A stretch of DNA of 12,283 nucleotides from Gemmatimonadota bacterium (GTDB taxonomy: Bacteria > Latescibacterota > UBA2968 > UBA8231), in assembly GCA_038128265.1 (NCBI GenBank), contig JAYPJE010000093.1:1-12283 (forward strand). The letters are read 5' to 3'. Positions within the stretch are counted from its first letter, which is position 1. Every line of letters begins with the position of its first letter. Both the position numbers and the translations under genes were made by a program. The notes beneath the pieces are model-generated. The model saw only the letters and a program-made list of their open reading frames with translations, did not search any database and was not told where the DNA came from. This document shows positions 8,371 to 12,283 of the stretch, piece by piece.

Positions 8371-9435
8371 ATGTCCAGTGTGCGTCCCAAGGTTTTGATA
8401 GCGTGCGACAAAAACGTGCGGGAAAATTACTTGGCGCCCGAAGAAATACAGCGCTTAGAAGGGCTGGCCGACTGGGAGTGGTTTGAATGTGCGGGTGGCG
8501 GTATCTACGAGATACCCGACGATCCGCAAAAGGTTGAGGCCATTCAGCCACACTTGGCCGATAAGGACGCGCTGATCGTTTGCCACGGCGCGCCGCGCAT
8601 CGACGCGGACCTGCTATCGCACGCACCCGGTCTGAAAATTATTGGCGAGCTCGAAGGCGATCGCTTCGCCGCGCGCATTGATCTGGATGCGGCGTGGGCG
8701 CGGGGCGTGCGCACCGTAGATACGACCAACGGCTCGTCCTATCCGGTTGCCGAATGGGCGTTGGGCATGATCTTGGCGTGTTTGCGCAACGCCGGCGCGC
8801 ACTTTCGCCGCCTGATTGCCGGCGATACGCGGCGCGATCCAGACGTGGTGCGCCTAATGGGTGGGATGCTGCACGGCAAGCGCGTCGGCCTGATCGGCGG
8901 CGGCCATATGGGACGCCGGCTCATCAAGCTGCTGCGTCCGTTTGAGGGCGAAATCTGGGTGCACGATCCGTATTTGCCGCGCGAGCTAGCGGAGGCGGTG
9001 GGCTTTGTGCAGACGACGCTCGACAATGTGTTTTCCCACTGCGACATCGTCGTATCCGTTGCGCCGCTGACGCCGGCCACGCGCGGTATGATCGGCGCGC
9101 GCGAGCTGGACCTGCTGCGCGCCGGCAGCGTGTTTGTCAACGTCTCGCGCGGCGCCGTCGTCGATTCGGCCGCACTGATTGCTCGCCTCAAGCGGGGTGA
9201 CATCGTCGCTGGCATCGAGGCCTTCGATCCGGAGCCGATTCCGCCTGACAGCGAGCTGCTGCAGCTGGATAACGTATTTGTCAGTCCGCATTTTGGCTGG
9301 ATTACGGGCACCGACTATCCACACTTTTTTCCGCTGATGATCGACGAGTTTGAGCGCTTTTTTGCCGGTCACGAGCCCTACTTTGAGCTGACGCCGCGCG
9401 CCCAGGCCAACCGCACGGGCGCCGCGCCCGTTTAG
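8371..9435 (+). CDS. D-isomer-specific 2-hydroxyacid dehydrogenase family protein
   Basis: ATG at 8371 after AAGGAG. Motifs VAEWALG, LHGKRVGLIGGGHMG, HDPY, PLTPATRGMIG, FVNVSRGAVVD (Arg), DPEP (Glu) and SPH (His). Confidence 0.92.
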   Translation: MSSVRPKVLIACDKNVRENYLAPEEIQRLEGLADWEWFECAGGGIYEIPDDPQKVEAIQPHLADKDALIVCHGAPRIDADLLSHAPGLKIIGELEGDRFAARIDLDAAWARGVRTVDTTNGSSYPVAEWALGMILACLRNAGAHFRRLIAGDTRRDPDVVRLMGGMLHGKRVGLIGGGHMGRRLIKLLRPFEGEIWVHDPYLPRELAEAVGFVQTTLDNVFSHCDIVVSVAPLTPATRGMIGARELDLLRAGSVFVNVSRGAVVDSAALIARLKRGDIVAGIEAFDPEPIPPDSELLQLDNVFVSPHFGWITGTDYPHFFPLMIDEFERFFAGHEPYFELTPRAQANRTGAAPV

Positions 9436-10349
9436 CCTGAAAACCCAGGGGCACCGCGGCGGCGTCCCTGCTGTCGGTCGTAGGGCTGCGCTTCCTCTGG
9501 CTCCTCGTCCCCTTGCCAGGAATCCAATCCCAGCAGCTTTCTACCCAGCGGAGTGAGCGCCGCCGTCGTGCCGTGCCGGCGCTCCCAGTGGCGCGGGTCG
9601 CCGGGAAAGGCATCGCCCTCGGGTGCTCTGCGATGCAGCCAGGCGTCGATGCGCCAGGCGCGCGTGTCGGCGTTCCCTTCGCTGGCCGGCGCCATCGACA
9701 GGTACTGCGCCAGGCGCGGTGCCGCCGAGGTATTGGCACTGGTGCCGTGCGGCAGCAGGCTGTTCCAGATGAGCAGATCGCCCTTCTGCGTGGGTACTTC
9801 GACGACGTCAAAGCCGGTCAGGTCGGGGCGAAAGGGGTCGCGGTCTTCCGGCTGGGCGGCAATCCACGCGTCGAGCTGAGCGTAGAGAGCCGGCACGCAC
9901 TGAAAGCCGCCGGAACCGGCGGGGCAGTCGCTCAGGGATAGGAAACCCTGCACGCCAAAGGGCAGCGGCTTAAGCGAGGTGTCGATATCCCAGTGGATAA
10001 AGCCCTCAAACGCGCCATCGCCTCTGTTGGGTGGATTGAAGTTGCAGCGATCAATGCTCACCCACAGCGCCTGCGTTTGCCATAGGGCGGCAAACGCCTC
10101 GTGGATGCGCGGCCACTGGCGCGTGGCCCACAGCGCCGGATGATGGTAGAGTTCGACCATGCCGGCGCCGTTGAGTTCGGGCAGGCCATTGGCACGCTCG
10201 GGTGTTGGATACCACGTCTGCGGATCGCCCGGATCCATCTCGCCAAATTGCCAGATTGCCTCGGCTGCCTCGTCGAGCAGTGCGCTCGGTGCGGCATCGG
10301 CTACGACGACATAGCCGTTGGCGCGGAAAAAATCCAGATCGACGGACAC
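9432..10349 (-). CDS. Phytanoyl-CoA dioxygenase (PhyH) family Fe(II)/2-oxoglutarate dioxygenase
   Basis: Probable GTG start at 10349, 4 nt after the upstream stop. Motifs FFRANGYVVV, HWD (HxD), GGFQCVP, GDLLIWNSLLPHG (distal His) and PRLAQY. The ORF-track extension to 10628 overlaps the upstream gene. Confidence 0.88.
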   Translation of the reverse strand: MSVDLDFFRANGYVVVADAAPSALLDEAAEAIWQFGEMDPGDPQTWYPTPERANGLPELNGAGMVELYHHPALWATRQWPRIHEAFAALWQTQALWVSIDRCNFNPPNRGDGAFEGFIHWDIDTSLKPLPFGVQGFLSLSDCPAGSGGFQCVPALYAQLDAWIAAQPEDRDPFRPDLTGFDVVEVPTQKGDLLIWNSLLPHGTSANTSAAPRLAQYLSMAPASEGNADTRAWRIDAWLHRRAPEGDAFPGDPRHWERRHGTTAALTPLGRKLLGLDSWQGDEEPEEAQPYDRQQGRRRGAPGFSG

Positions 10350-10353
10350 AACG

Positions 10354-11070
10354 CTAGTCCGTAAAGCGCTGGCTGCCGTCAAAGGACACACGCGGCCAGC
10401 GCACGTGCGGCCAGTCGGAAAACCCGTGCGCGATATAGTGGTTGGCCAGCGAGTGACGGTAGGAGCCGGGCTGGCCGATGGGACCCCCTCGGTGCACCAG
10501 CACGCCGTCAAAGAACACGACATCGCCCTGTCGCACGCACACGGGGGTCTCCGGCAGCTCGTTGCGCGCACAGAGTTCGTCGACGGCCGCGTTATAGTCC
10601 CAGCCGTGAAACTCGCCCCCTTCGGCAAAGTCGCCGCCCGTCAGCAGGCGACCCTTGTGCGAGCCGGACTGCACCCACATGGCGCCGTTGTCCTCGTCGA
10701 CGTCCATCAGCGCGATCCACGCCGACATGCAGCCGGGTAAGTAGTACTGGTCTTGGTGGCGGCCCTGCTCCGATCCGACCCAGAAGTACATCGTCTGGAT
10801 GCCGTCGGGCTCGTCGCCGAGACACTGGACTAGCGGTTCTCTGAGTGGCGGTGCAATCAGCCACTCGCGCGCAGTCGGATCATACCAGTGCTGGTTATGG
10901 GTGCGCTGGAGCTCGTCGTCGGCGCGCGGCGCAAAGCCTTCTATGGACTTTTTGCCGGCGTGGAGGTCGAGCATATGGGCAACGAGCCCCTCGCACTCGT
11001 CGGCCGTAAAGACGCCCTCTACGACGGCCCATCCCTCGCGTCTGTAGTGTTCGGAATCTAGCGTGTTCAT
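10354..11070 (-). CDS. Phytanoyl-CoA dioxygenase (PhyH) family Fe(II)/2-oxoglutarate dioxygenase
   Basis: YRREGWAVVEGVF, HQD (HxD), SAWIALMDVDEDNGAMWVQSGSH, GDVVFFDGVLVHRG and RHSLANHY. GGAG SD upstream. Confidence 0.93.
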   Translation of the reverse strand: MNTLDSEHYRREGWAVVEGVFTADECEGLVAHMLDLHAGKKSIEGFAPRADDELQRTHNQHWYDPTAREWLIAPPLREPLVQCLGDEPDGIQTMYFWVGSEQGRHQDQYYLPGCMSAWIALMDVDEDNGAMWVQSGSHKGRLLTGGDFAEGGEFHGWDYNAAVDELCARNELPETPVCVRQGDVVFFDGVLVHRGGPIGQPGSYRHSLANHYIAHGFSDWPHVRWPRVSFDGSQRFTD

Positions 11071-11087
11071 CGCGCTCCGTCTCCGCG

Positions 11088-12283
11088 TTAGGCGGCGAGA
11101 ATGTTTTCGTAGACCTCGACGTGCTCGCCCTCGCGCTCGTCTGGATCGGCTAGCTTGAGCCAGACGGCCTGGTCCTCTTTGCGCGCGGCGATTTCTCCCA
11201 CGGCGCCGGCCTGCTGCGGTTCGGCGCCGCTCCAGATCACTTCGCCGTCCTGCAGAAATATGTACTGGCCGGCGTGCGCATCCAGCAGCTGCTCGCGGTG
11301 GTCGCGGTAAAAGAGGGCCTGCTCGCTGGCGGTTCGGCGCAGCCGATCGATCACTTCGGGCGGATCGGTTTTGGCCGAGTCGAATTCGGCAACGGGCAGC
11401 ACGAGCCCGTCCATTTCAAAGTCGATTTCGTCCAGATTGGTCGTGCCGAAGCCGTGCTCGGCGGCCACGGCCACCGGGCTTCGATCGCGGCGGAAGGGCG
11501 GGTGCGGCCAGTCGAGCGCGGGATTAGTACCCATCAGGTGTGAGCCGCAGGCGTCGGTGGCAATGACGTGGTCGCCTGCCACCAGGCAGTCGGCGATGCG
11601 TCCTTCGCCGTTCCACTCCATGCGCGCTTGGCCAGTTAGCCCATCGATAATATTCAGGCAGGGTTGGGCAATCATCCCTAAATCGGGTAGCACATAGGAC
11701 AGGCGAATAACGTGGTGAAAGTAGGTGCGCAGGCGGCCGTGCGGTGGAATGGGAGGCAGGCCAAAGAGATTTTTCAGACACAGCGTAATGCCCATAAAAC
11801 CGTGATTTTTCATTTTGGCGATAGAGACAAAGGCATCGGCTTCGCCCAGCGCAGCCGATAGCTGGTACTCGGAAAACATGAGGCCACCGCCCGGGACTTT
11901 GTAGCGCTCAAAGGGCGGGTCGCCCGCTTCGACGTAGCGCACGCCATACTCGTCGAGAATGGGCTTAGTATTGAAGTCGCTACCCGGGCGCTGACCCGGA
12001 GGCGCGGTGCTGGTATCGAGGGCAAAGAGCTCGGCGTCGGTGCGCTCGCGCAGCAGGCGCAAGCTGGCGCGCAGGACGTCGTCGTCGACCAACTCCTGCC
12101 GGCGGCCGCCGATGTAGCGAATGTCCTGCGTGCGGAACTGCATATTGACTTTGATGCCGACCTTTTTTGCACGCTCAATCTTTTCCCACGAGCGCGAAAG
12201 GGGCGCGGTGATTTGCTTTAATTTCTGGTAAATCTCGTCCAGCGACGCCTTGTGCGAGCAGTGCGTAGCGCGGACGGTGTAGT
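11088..12283 (-). CDS. DUF362 domain protein with a C-terminal DUF5678-like extension; 5' end lies beyond the window
   Basis: The frame stays open upstream of ATG 12143 to the window edge (YTVRATHCSHK...KKVGIKVNMQF). DUF362-type motifs IKxN, SIAKMKNHGFMGITLCLKNLFG, LNIIDG and DHVIATDA. Confidence 0.82.
   Translation of the reverse strand, partial: YTVRATHCSHKASLDEIYQKLKQITAPLSRSWEKIERAKKVGIKVNMQFRTQDIRYIGGRRQELVDDDVLRASLRLLRERTDAELFALDTSTAPPGQRPGSDFNTKPILDEYGVRYVEAGDPPFERYKVPGGGLMFSEYQLSAALGEADAFVSIAKMKNHGFMGITLCLKNLFGLPPIPPHGRLRTYFHHVIRLSYVLPDLGMIAQPCLNIIDGLTGQARMEWNGEGRIADCLVAGDHVIATDACGSHLMGTNPALDWPHPPFRRDRSPVAVAAEHGFGTTNLDEIDFEMDGLVLPVAEFDSAKTDPPEVIDRLRRTASEQALFYRDHREQLLDAHAGQYIFLQDGEVIWSGAEPQQAGAVGEIAARKEDQAVWLKLADPDEREGEHVEVYENILAA

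Noticed and set aside
10350..10628. N-terminal extension of the 9432 PhyH ORF
   Set aside because: It overlaps the upstream PhyH gene in another frame and has no family motifs.

Overview
GC-rich bacterial genomic window (12.3 kb) with mostly metabolic genes and no rRNA, tRNA, CRISPR array or mobile element that I can recognise. Plus strand: an unlisted 52-aa single-TM protein, an NAD-dependent epimerase/dehydrogenase, a stand-alone gene fusing two small helical repeats to a FliM-middle-like domain, and a serine hydrolase / Asp-box (sialidase-like) / sulfotransferase operon. typA/bipA lies on the minus strand, divergent from a creatininase-family gene and a D-2-hydroxyacid dehydrogenase. A convergent minus-strand operon holds a DUF362 gene (cut by the window edge) and two PhyH-type Fe(II)/2OG dioxygenases. 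The best novelty candidate is the unit at 914-2210: a sigma70-like promoter, a ~120-nt structured leader whose stem buries the ribosome-binding site and whose loop can pair upstream, the orphan FliM-domain fusion, and an intrinsic terminator. The second is a terminator/antiterminator leader in front of a typA with a diverged C-terminal loop. All family calls come from motif recognition by eye; no searches or folding programs were run.
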